From an uncultured Gammaproteobacteria bacterium (GTDB lineage: Bacteria > Patescibacteriota > Microgenomatia > CAZTEW01): a stretch of DNA of 64,000 nucleotides. How positions within the stretch are numbered: the first letter of the stretch is position 1; the number at the start of each line of letters is the position of its first letter. The stretch is taken from contig CAZTEW010000001.1 of NCBI GenBank assembly GCA_964612215.1, forward strand, positions 12,432 through 76,431. Reading direction: 5' to 3'. This document shows positions 29,284 to 37,093 of this stretch, one piece after another. A program made the position numbers and the translations under genes. The notes beneath the pieces are model-generated. The model made no database searches. It was not told the DNA's origin and saw nothing but the letters and a program-made list of their open reading frames with translations.

Positions 29284-31341
29284 ATGGATAAAGCTTATCA
29301 GCCCCGGGAATATGAGGCTAAGATTTATCAATTTTGGGAGAAAAAAGGGTTTTTTAAGGCGACTCTTCAGACTGATAAAAAGCCGTTTGTGATTACTTTG
29401 CCGCCGCCAAACGTCACCGGCGGCCTGCATGCGGGCCACGCCATGTATGTTGTCGAAGACGTTCTTGCCCGCTACCATCGGATGAAAGCTGAGCCGACCC
29501 TTTTTTTACCCGGGTTTGATCATGCTTCCATCGCGGTTGAGTATTTAGTCAAAAAACAATTGGCTAAAGAAGGAAAAAGCAGGGAAGAGATCGGCCGGGA
29601 GGAGTTCCTGAAAAAGGCGGAAAAATTTGCTGAAGATTCTAAAAAATATATCCGCGGGCAGTTAAAAAAACTCGGCTTTTCTCTGGACTGGAGCCGGGAG
29701 GCTTACACCATGGATGTTGTCCGTTCTCAGGCAGTCAAAGAAGCGTTTCACAGGCTTCATCAAAAAAAGCTGATTTATCAAGGAGAGCGGATGATCCATT
29801 GGTGCGTTAAATGTCAAACGACTCTTTCTGATTTAGAAGTTGATTACCAAGAGCGAAAAGACCCGCTTTACTATTTAAAATATGGTCCTTTTATTTTGGC
29901 GACGACCAGGCCGGAAACCAAGTTTGGCGATACGGCGGTGGCAGTTAACCCGAAAGACAAGCGATATCAGTCCTGGGTCGGCAAAAAATTTATTTACCAG
30001 TCTTTAATCGGGTCGAGACAGATGAAAGTGATTGCTGATGAAGCGGTTGATCCGGAGTTCGGCACTGGGGTAGTGAAAGTCACACCGGCCCACGATTTTA
30101 ATGATTTTGAAATCAGCCAGCGACATCATTTAGATGTTCTAGCGGTAATTGACTGCCGCGGCAGGCTTAATCAAAACACAGGTCGGTTTAGCGGCTTAAC
30201 TATTCAACAGGCGCGGGAAAAAGTCGTAGCTGAACTGAAAAAGAAAGGCGATTTAATTAAAATTGACGAAAATTATCTGCATCGGGTGGGTACTTGTTAT
30301 CGCTGCGGCGCCGTGGTGGAGCCAATGATTTCCAAGCAATGGTTTGTCAAGATGAAACCTTTAGCTGCCAAAGCCATAGAAGCCGTGAAAACCGGTCGAA
30401 TCACCATCATTCCCCAGCGGTTTGAAAAGATTTATTTTCACTGGTTGGAAAATATTCAGGATTGGTGTATTTCCCGTCAGCTTTGGTGGGGTCATAAAAT
30501 TCCCTTGGCAGGCGAAGATGACGTTCTTGATACCTGGTTTTCCTCCAGCCTTTGGCCGATTTCTGTTTTCGGCTGGCCAGAAAAAACTAAAGATCTGCAA
30601 TTTTTTTACCCGACAACAGTCAGGGAAACTGGCTATGATATTTTATTTTTCTGGGTAGCCAGGGAAATTATGATGTGTTTGGCGATGACCGCTGAAATTC
30701 CTTTCAAAACTGTTTATTTTCACGGTTTGGTTCGGGATGAACAGGGCAGAAAATTCAGCAAGACCGCCGGGATTGGTTTTGATCCGGTTGAGATGATGGA
30801 GAAATACGGCGCTGATGCTTTACGCTTTGCTTTAGTCATTGGTAACGCGCCGGCTAGAGACCTGAAAATCCAGGAAAATAAGGTTAAAGCTTATCGTAAT
30901 TTCAGCAACAAGGTTTGGAATGCGGCGCGATTCATCACGATGAACCGCGAGGTCAAAACTCAATCCGCCAGCTGGCGGACAAAACTCAAAACTACAACTC
31001 AAAAGTTAAAGCTGGAAGATAAACAGATGATTAAAGAAATTAATCAACTAATCGTTTCAGCGACGAAACACTTAGATGAATTTCGTTTTGATTTAGCGGC
31101 AGAAGAAATTTATCAATGTTTTTGGCACCGGTTTTGCGATCATTATCTGGAAACAACCAAGTCGCGTCAAAAGGAGGCGGCGGCTCAGTGGACACTCCAG
31201 GTTTCTTTAAGAACTTTCTTAAAATTACTGCACCCTTTCATGCCTTTTATCACGGAAACAATTTGGCAGAAATTAAAAACCAAAAACGATCCAGATTTGA
31301 TAGTCGCACCATGGCCAGGAAAAATAAAAATCAGCCAGTAA
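29284..31341 (+). CDS. valS: Valine--tRNA ligase (short, CPR-type)
   Basis: MDKAYQPREYEAKIYQFWEKKGFFKA aligns with ValRS N-termini. HIGH motif GGLHAGHA. KMSKS-like KFSKT. Start set at ATG 29284, not the track 29188, which overlaps tsaD. Confidence 0.88.
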   Translation: MDKAYQPREYEAKIYQFWEKKGFFKATLQTDKKPFVITLPPPNVTGGLHAGHAMYVVEDVLARYHRMKAEPTLFLPGFDHASIAVEYLVKKQLAKEGKSREEIGREEFLKKAEKFAEDSKKYIRGQLKKLGFSLDWSREAYTMDVVRSQAVKEAFHRLHQKKLIYQGERMIHWCVKCQTTLSDLEVDYQERKDPLYYLKYGPFILATTRPETKFGDTAVAVNPKDKRYQSWVGKKFIYQSLIGSRQMKVIADEAVDPEFGTGVVKVTPAHDFNDFEISQRHHLDVLAVIDCRGRLNQNTGRFSGLTIQQAREKVVAELKKKGDLIKIDENYLHRVGTCYRCGAVVEPMISKQWFVKMKPLAAKAIEAVKTGRITIIPQRFEKIYFHWLENIQDWCISRQLWWGHKIPLAGEDDVLDTWFSSSLWPISVFGWPEKTKDLQFFYPTTVRETGYDILFFWVAREIMMCLAMTAEIPFKTVYFHGLVRDEQGRKFSKTAGIGFDPVEMMEKYGADALRFALVIGNAPARDLKIQENKVKAYRNFSNKVWNAARFITMNREVKTQSASWRTKLKTTTQKLKLEDKQMIKEINQLIVSATKHLDEFRFDLAAEEIYQCFWHRFCDHYLETTKSRQKEAAAQWTLQVSLRTFLKLLHPFMPFITETIWQKLKTKNDPDLIVAPWPGKIKISQ

Positions 31342-31646
31342 AGGAACTTCTGCTGCCGCTATTCTTGGTGCTGCTTTTGCTTTCAGTCTTTTGGCCGAAA
31401 AGAAATATTATCAGCGAGTGGCAGAGAAAAGAAGCCATCGAAGCCGAAATTAATTTTTGGGAAAAGACCGCTGAGCAATATCCAGGCGATGGCGATGCTT
31501 TTCTCAGACTAGCGGTTCTTCATTGGCAGGTACATCAACAGGCTACCGCCGCTGATTATTTAGAAAAAGCCCGCTACTTGAACCCGAATTCAGAGAAGAT
31601 TAAGGAAGTAGAAGGTCTGATTGCTGATCAGCTCGAGGCTCAATGA
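31311..31646 (+). CDS. Small membrane-anchored protein with TPR-like C-terminus (hypothetical)
   Basis: 112 aa from ATG 31311 (MARKNKNQPVKELLLPLFLVLLLLSVFW..). Overlaps the valS 3' end in another frame. The longer track ORF from 31116 is rejected. Confidence 0.3.
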   Translation: MARKNKNQPVKELLLPLFLVLLLLSVFWPKRNIISEWQRKEAIEAEINFWEKTAEQYPGDGDAFLRLAVLHWQVHQQATAADYLEKARYLNPNSEKIKEVEGLIADQLEAQ

Positions 31647-32091
31647 TTAATTTTCTCTCCCGGCCTTGACCTTCAGAACGGGTGGTAACGCCGGGATGAT
31701 CGGCCAAAACTAGATGGATGACTCTTCTTTCGGCGGCATTCAGGGCCGGTATCGTAACTGGCTTTTGAGAAAACTTAACTCTTTGGGCGGCGGCTAAAGC
31801 CATGGTTTTCAGCTGTTCTTCACGTTTCTCTTGCCAGCCGGCAATATCGACGAGTAAGCGCTGCCAAACACCGGATTTCTTATAGACGATCAGATTAAGC
31901 ATCAGTTGAAAGGCATAAAGATTTTCGCCATGAAAACCAATTAAGACCCCAGAGTCCTGAGTTTCAATTGAGAGTTTAAGCTGACCATCGCTAATTTTTT
32001 CCAGGCTGATTGCCGGCGCTTCAATTTTCAGAAGCTGCAGCAGCTCCTGAGCAGTTTGTTGAGTAATGGTTTCTAGGTTTGCTTCGACCAT
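31600..32091 (-). CDS. khpB: RNA-binding protein KhpB/Jag (KH + R3H domains)
   Basis: 163 aa. R3H-like ERRVIHLVLADHPGVTTRSEG. Immediately downstream of yidC, the conserved yidC-jag synteny. Confidence 0.7.
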   Translation of the reverse strand: MVEANLETITQQTAQELLQLLKIEAPAISLEKISDGQLKLSIETQDSGVLIGFHGENLYAFQLMLNLIVYKKSGVWQRLLVDIAGWQEKREEQLKTMALAAAQRVKFSQKPVTIPALNAAERRVIHLVLADHPGVTTRSEGQGRERKLIIEPRADQQSDLLLP

Positions 32092-32768
32092 TGGGAAAAG
32101 AACTGTTGCTGAATAATGGAAAAAAGAGTCGTGGCTACCCAGTAAAGAGCCAAACCAGAGGGCAGCTTAACAGAGATTAAAATTGTCATTAAAGGCATCA
32201 TCAGGTTCATTTGTTTCTGCATGGCCGTCGCCATATCTTCTTTCTTGGCTGATTTTTTCTTAATTTGAGGCGGTGATGGCAGTGGCATGATTTTCACGAG
32301 AAAAAACTGAGAGAGACCGGCGAAAACAGGCAAGACATAATAAGGGTCTGGCTGGGCTAAGTTTAACCAAAGAAATTCCATGTTGACCTGAGTGTTGTCG
32401 ATCATCCCAGTTTGGATAAAGTTGGCAAAGACCCGGTAAAGAGCAATCAGAACCGCGAACTGCAGCAGAAAAGGGAGACAGCCAGCCGCCGGATTAAGGT
32501 TATACTGGCGGTAAAGTTTAAGTTGTTCTTGTTGAAGCCTCCTTTTGTCTTGATATTTTTCCTTGAGTTTTTCTAATTCCGGCTGCAAATCCTTGAGACG
32601 TTGACTGGAGCGGAGAGTGGGTAAAATTAAAGGGATTAAAAGACTGCGAATCAGAATGGTGATGGTAATAATGGCCCAGCCGAAATTATTACCCAGGGCC
32701 TTATAGAAAAAGATCAGGCCTTGTAAGATGGGTTGATAGAATAGTGAATTCCAGAGGCTTGACATCAT
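32073..32768 (-). CDS. yidC: Membrane protein insertase YidC (short form)
   Basis: 231 aa. GWAIITITILIRSLLIPL..LQPELEKLKEKY..NPAAGCLPFLLQ. Confidence 0.8.
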   Translation of the reverse strand: MMSSLWNSLFYQPILQGLIFFYKALGNNFGWAIITITILIRSLLIPLILPTLRSSQRLKDLQPELEKLKEKYQDKRRLQQEQLKLYRQYNLNPAAGCLPFLLQFAVLIALYRVFANFIQTGMIDNTQVNMEFLWLNLAQPDPYYVLPVFAGLSQFFLVKIMPLPSPPQIKKKSAKKEDMATAMQKQMNLMMPLMTILISVKLPSGLALYWVATTLFSIIQQQFFSQWSKQT

Positions 32769-33502
32769 TTCTTTGCCGCCGCTTCTTTTTCTGCCGGAGA
32801 CGACTGTTTCCCTTTTTCTTCCTTTTTAGCTTCTTCGGCCTTTGGCTGGGCTTTCTTTTCCCCGGCGTCAGCAGCAACCCCTTCAGGTGCCGCCAGCGTC
32901 TCTTTGGCTTCCGGCTGAGGTTGAACTACGGCTTCTTCTTTTTCCGGAGGCGCAATTCTGGCAACAACCTCATTGGCAGCGGTGAGGATTTTTATTTTTC
33001 TTTGGTCAACATCAATGTCTTTGACCCGCACCATATCATCAACCTTTTCTAATTGATCAACGTTAACGATGATTTTCTCTGGCAGGTCAGCAGGTAGGGC
33101 TTCAACCTCAAGGTTATCAAGAATAGTCATCAGAATACCCACGCCGCTTTTTTCGGCCGGCGCTTCGCCAACAAGTTCGACTGGCACTTCAACCGTGGTT
33201 TTTTCCGTCAGACTAATCTGGCGGAAATCAGCATGAAGCGGCAAATCAGTGACCGGGTCGAGCTGAACATTGTGGATCAAGCCGGGACGGGTTTTACTTT
33301 CACCGCTAACTTTTATCTCGACCACGCCGGTTTCGCCTACTTCTTGGTAGACAGCCTTGAAGGCTTTTAAATCAACCTGAACCGCAGTTGATTTTATTTT
33401 TTTACCGTAAATATTAGCCGGGAGAATATTCTCAGCGCGGAGTTTTTTGACCTGCTTGCCTTGAACTTTTCTTTTTTGAACTTCAAGTTGCGGTTTTTTC
33501 AT
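32765..33502 (-). CDS. rplY: 50S ribosomal protein bL25 (Ctc form) with K/A/E-rich C-terminal tail
   Basis: MKKPQLEVQKRKVQGKQVKKLRAENILPANIYGKK.. is canonical L25. Confidence 0.8.
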   Translation of the reverse strand: MKKPQLEVQKRKVQGKQVKKLRAENILPANIYGKKIKSTAVQVDLKAFKAVYQEVGETGVVEIKVSGESKTRPGLIHNVQLDPVTDLPLHADFRQISLTEKTTVEVPVELVGEAPAEKSGVGILMTILDNLEVEALPADLPEKIIVNVDQLEKVDDMVRVKDIDVDQRKIKILTAANEVVARIAPPEKEEAVVQPQPEAKETLAAPEGVAADAGEKKAQPKAEEAKKEEKGKQSSPAEKEAAAKK

Positions 33503-35262
33503 CGACTTAAATTAACTGAAAATAAGCGGTCTTTCAGTAAGTCTGTATTATATAAGATTGACTGGGGTCCGGTCAAGGCTTGGGGAGAAATTTGGCTTGC
33601 CTGGTAAGTTTTCGGGTAGCGAATCAGAACCACGAGCGGGTCTTGAGAAACCCCGGGCTGTTTTTGGAATAAAAGAGAATAACTGAGACTGCTAGCGGCA
33701 GTAAAAGGCAGTTGATAATTGATTTTTACTTTTCTTTTTTCAGCTGGCGGGACTTCAACCAGAAAACCAAAAACTTTTTTTTCTGACTCCTGAAGGTGAT
33801 CGACTTTTTCCAGGTCCAAAACTTGATCGTCAATGAAAACGCTGAGTAGCTGGCTTTGAAGAGGCGTATAAACTCGCAGATAATTTTTATAAGTCCCGCC
33901 GGGCCAGGTTTGCGTCGGACTGTCATTCTGATAATCAATGGTCAGGGTTTCCTCAATGGTTTCTTTAATTTCAACTTGATGAGTGAAGCTTCTTTGTAAA
34001 AAAAAGTTAGTTTTGTTAACACCGAAATTACTTTCTACCACCATTAAGTAGTCTTCCAGGCAAGATTCCCCAAGCGGTCGATTAATTGACACACAGTGAT
34101 GATTGGCCAGCAGTCGGCCGTCCCAGCCGTAATCACTGATGATACTCATGACTTTCTGGTCGTTAAGTTGAATCAGAATTTGTTTTTCTTCCAGACCGGA
34201 GAGAAGCGGCGCGGCCAGTTTTAAGAAATTATCTCCATTTTTGATTTTCTCAAAAAGCTGACGGGTGAGGCTGCTGAGAAAGTCTTTTTTCTGGGTTGAA
34301 CCCGGAAAAAAACCAACTTCGCTGTGATATTCAGCCCGTTCAAAAAGATTGTGAGCGCTGATCGCTTCCTGATAATCCGGCAATTCAACCGAACCAATGG
34401 CCTGGAGGATTTTTTCAATCACTAAAAGATTAACCGCAATAACGCCGTCGACAGACTGACCAGTTTCTTTTTGCAAGAACCAGGCTGCTTTTTCAGCGGT
34501 GCGGGGAAAGTCAGGATCAAAATTGCTGTCGCGCAAATACCAGCCAGCTTCGCCGAGGTATTTTTTAATCGCTGCTGGCGGTTCAACATGGCCGCGAAGC
34601 TGGCCATCAGCTTCGTAAACATCTTGAACCTGAAAATCCAGCAGCTGGCCGTTTTGAAAAGTAGCTAAAGCAAAGGAGCCGATGAAGCCGCCAGTGGGCC
34701 TCAGTTCCATGTTGTTTTGGAGAAGGAAAAGATAGGTTTTGCGGCTGGTCGCCGCGAAAATTTCCGGCGTAACCGAGAGCAGTTTTTTACCGATTTCAAT
34801 TTTTTGCCGCAGAGAGCCGGTATCAATGAGGGGCACTTTCTTTAGTTTTGCTTCCAGCAGAGAGAGCTCTTTCCAAGCCAGACCGAGATTGTCCTCGGCT
34901 TCTTGAGCATATTTAGTCAGGCTGCCTTGTTCCCGGCCAAAAATTAAATAATCGACTCTGGTAAGGCTGGCGCCGGTTCTGGCCAAATAAAAGGCAGTTT
35001 GAGAAAGAGATTCGCCGACTTCAACCCAGTCTTGAACTTGAAAGGCTTTGCCCAAAAAGGGAAAAAGAGCTAAGGTTTTCTTAGCTTCTTGGAAAGACAG
35101 AGTGGCTTCTTCGGCCAGGGCTTGGCTGCGGCTAAAATCAGCCGCTAAAAGAGCTGTTTGGGTTTTCTCCAGGCCTTTCTTGCCCTGCCAAAGATAAAAA
35201 ATAAAGCTCAAGATCACCGCGAGAATCATCAGGAAAATCGAAAAAAAGAAAGCTTTTTTCAC
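33499..35262 (-). CDS. Large N-terminally anchored extracytoplasmic protein (DUF4012-like, common in CPR)
   Basis: 587 aa. One N-terminal TM. Family assignment from memory of DUF4012 architecture only. Confidence 0.4.
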   Translation of the reverse strand: MKKAFFFSIFLMILAVILSFIFYLWQGKKGLEKTQTALLAADFSRSQALAEEATLSFQEAKKTLALFPFLGKAFQVQDWVEVGESLSQTAFYLARTGASLTRVDYLIFGREQGSLTKYAQEAEDNLGLAWKELSLLEAKLKKVPLIDTGSLRQKIEIGKKLLSVTPEIFAATSRKTYLFLLQNNMELRPTGGFIGSFALATFQNGQLLDFQVQDVYEADGQLRGHVEPPAAIKKYLGEAGWYLRDSNFDPDFPRTAEKAAWFLQKETGQSVDGVIAVNLLVIEKILQAIGSVELPDYQEAISAHNLFERAEYHSEVGFFPGSTQKKDFLSSLTRQLFEKIKNGDNFLKLAAPLLSGLEEKQILIQLNDQKVMSIISDYGWDGRLLANHHCVSINRPLGESCLEDYLMVVESNFGVNKTNFFLQRSFTHQVEIKETIEETLTIDYQNDSPTQTWPGGTYKNYLRVYTPLQSQLLSVFIDDQVLDLEKVDHLQESEKKVFGFLVEVPPAEKRKVKINYQLPFTAASSLSYSLLFQKQPGVSQDPLVVLIRYPKTYQASQISPQALTGPQSILYNTDLLKDRLFSVNLSR

Positions 35263-35729
35263 GACTGAACCAAGGCTTTTTTCACTAAAGCATCCGCTTC
35301 TTGATTTTTTTCCCGAGGAATGTATTGGTAACGAAAACAGCCGCCAGCTTCTTGTTCTAATTGCCTGATTTTAATAGCTAAATTTCGCAGCTGGTAGTTT
35401 TTAATCTTAAAAACGCCGTTTAATTGATTAACCACCAGTTTTGAGTCGAGGTAAAATTTAATTTTTGCCACTCGCCACTTGCCACTAGCTACGAGCCAGT
35501 TTAAAGCTTCAATAACCGCGGTGTACTCGGCTACATTATTAGTAGCATAGCCAATAGGTCTGCCAAATTTATGAATTGTTTTTTCCTCATAAATTTTTAC
35601 ATTTCGCAGAAATCCCGCCTTGCGGGCTTTTTCATTTTTAATTTTTAACTTTACTATCACGCCGATAGCGGCTGGCCCGGGATTGTTGCTGGCGCCGCCG
35701 TCAGTGAAAATGGTTAAAAGATTTCTCAT
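35259..35729 (-). CDS. rnhA: Ribonuclease HI
   Basis: IFTDGGASNNPGPAAIGV.., NNVAEYTAVIEAL, DSKLVVNQ, REKNQEADALV are RNase H catalytic motifs. Carries an in-frame insertion, listed in the next entry. Confidence 0.85.
   Translation of the reverse strand: MRNLLTIFTDGGASNNPGPAAIGVIVKLKIKNEKARKAGFLRNVKIYEEKTIHKFGRPIGYATNNVAEYTAVIEALNWLVASGKWRVAKIKFYLDSKLVVNQLNGVFKIKNYQLRNLAIKIRQLEQEAGGCFRYQYIPREKNQEADALVKKALVQS
35591..35649. mobile_element. Palindromic hairpin element copy 1, in-frame within rnhA
   Basis: aatttttACATTTCGCAGAAAT-CCCGCCTTGCGGG-ctttttcatttttaatttttaac. The core cccgc-ctt-gcggg is a perfect stem-loop. Encodes the extra loop KLKIKNEKARKAGFLRNVKI. Confidence 0.6.
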
Positions 35730-36265
35730 TTTCTTATTTTATCACGATAAAAATCAGGATTGAGAAAAGGAGCCAGGCTGAAAATCACCGCGGTTTCGAA
35801 AACTAGCCTTCGGGTGATAAGGTGAGCAGTTAAAATCCCAGCCGCCCCTTCTCGCCTCCGGGTATCTTTCTGGCCAATGAATTCATCCATAACCAAGCCG
35901 AGTTCTTGGCCTTGCTTGATGCCGTTGATCACTGCCGCCGGCAGTAAAAGCCGGCCGCTGGAGCCGATGCCGATCCGGCCAGACTGATTAACCGCTGCTG
36001 CCCAGCCAGAAACAAACATTTGGCCGGCGACCTGAGTAACACAGCCTTCCAGGCCAAAAGCCAAATCAGCCTGAGTGATGATCAAAGCCTTTCTGGCTCG
36101 ATTTTTAGCGCCCCGAATTGCTTCTTCATCTGATAACGGTTGGGGTCTGATTCCAGAACTGACTGCCATGTTTATCACCTTGACCTGGGGCCAGAGGCGG
36201 CGCACCACTCTTTTCACAGCGCTAACCTTAACCGGATTGTCCGACCCGACCGCGATCTGCTTCAT
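35726..36265 (-). CDS. Non-canonical purine NTP phosphatase (YjjX/inosine-xanthosine triphosphatase family)
   Basis: MKQIAVGSDNPVKVSAVKRV.. aligns with the YjjX N-terminus. Track ORF trimmed to this Met. Confidence 0.65.
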   Translation of the reverse strand: MKQIAVGSDNPVKVSAVKRVVRRLWPQVKVINMAVSSGIRPQPLSDEEAIRGAKNRARKALIITQADLAFGLEGCVTQVAGQMFVSGWAAAVNQSGRIGIGSSGRLLLPAAVINGIKQGQELGLVMDEFIGQKDTRRREGAAGILTAHLITRRLVFETAVIFSLAPFLNPDFYRDKIRK

Positions 36266-36282
36266 GCTAAGATAATAAATTA

Positions 36283-37092
36283 ATGGCTGATCTTCGTCAA
36301 TCAATCCAATACGGCCGCTATCTTCAAGTTCTTGGTTGGCAAGCGATTAAAATTGATCACTGTCAAGTTTTTATCAAAAAAATTCCTTTACTGCCTTTTT
36401 CGATTATCAAAATTCAGCGACCAGAATTGCCGCTGCCGTTAGCAAAAATTGACAGACTGGCTAAAAAACGTCGCGTTTTTCTAATTAAACTAGAACCATT
36501 GACTATTCGCCATCACCTTTTTGCCAGATTCGGCTACCGCCGCGACTCTTGGCCACTGTTGCCAACCAAGACAGTCCAGATTGATTTAACCAAGAGCGAA
36601 AAGCAGTTATGGCAGGCAATTAATAAAAAGACAAGAAATTGCATCAAAAAAGCCCAATTCAACAATTTAACAAGAGATTATTTCTATCAAAATTTTAAAA
36701 AATTCGGCAAAGGCGATGTTCCTCAGGAAAAAGCATTTCAGGCTTTAATGGCGGCTTTTGGTCAGAATGCCTGGCTGTTGACATTTCATCCGCCCGCCTC
36801 ATCGGCGGGCTTCGCCGGAGCCCTGATTTTAATTCACGACCAAACTGCCTATTATTACTATGCTTTTACTTCGCCGGCCGGTCGTCGGGTTTTCAGTCAA
36901 CACCTGTTGGTTTGGCTAGCAATCAGGCAAGCCAAAAAAGCCGGCTGCCGGATTTTTGATTTTGAAGGCATTGCTGACCGGCGCTATCGCTTTACCCGCC
37001 AATGGCAGGGTTTTTCCCATTTTAAAAAATCCTTCGGCGGTCAAGAAATCACCTATCCCGGTTCCTTCAGCCGCTGGCGCCTACCGATTTAA
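36283..37092 (+). CDS. FemAB-family peptidoglycan aminoacyltransferase-like protein
   Basis: 269 aa. C-terminal YYYAFTSPAGRR..HLLVWLAIRQAKKAGCRIFDFEGI resembles the Fem/lipid II aminoacyltransferase GNAT-fold C-domain. Confidence 0.5.
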   Translation: MADLRQSIQYGRYLQVLGWQAIKIDHCQVFIKKIPLLPFSIIKIQRPELPLPLAKIDRLAKKRRVFLIKLEPLTIRHHLFARFGYRRDSWPLLPTKTVQIDLTKSEKQLWQAINKKTRNCIKKAQFNNLTRDYFYQNFKKFGKGDVPQEKAFQALMAAFGQNAWLLTFHPPASSAGFAGALILIHDQTAYYYYAFTSPAGRRVFSQHLLVWLAIRQAKKAGCRIFDFEGIADRRYRFTRQWQGFSHFKKSFGGQEITYPGSFSRWRLPI

Positions 37093-37093
37093 C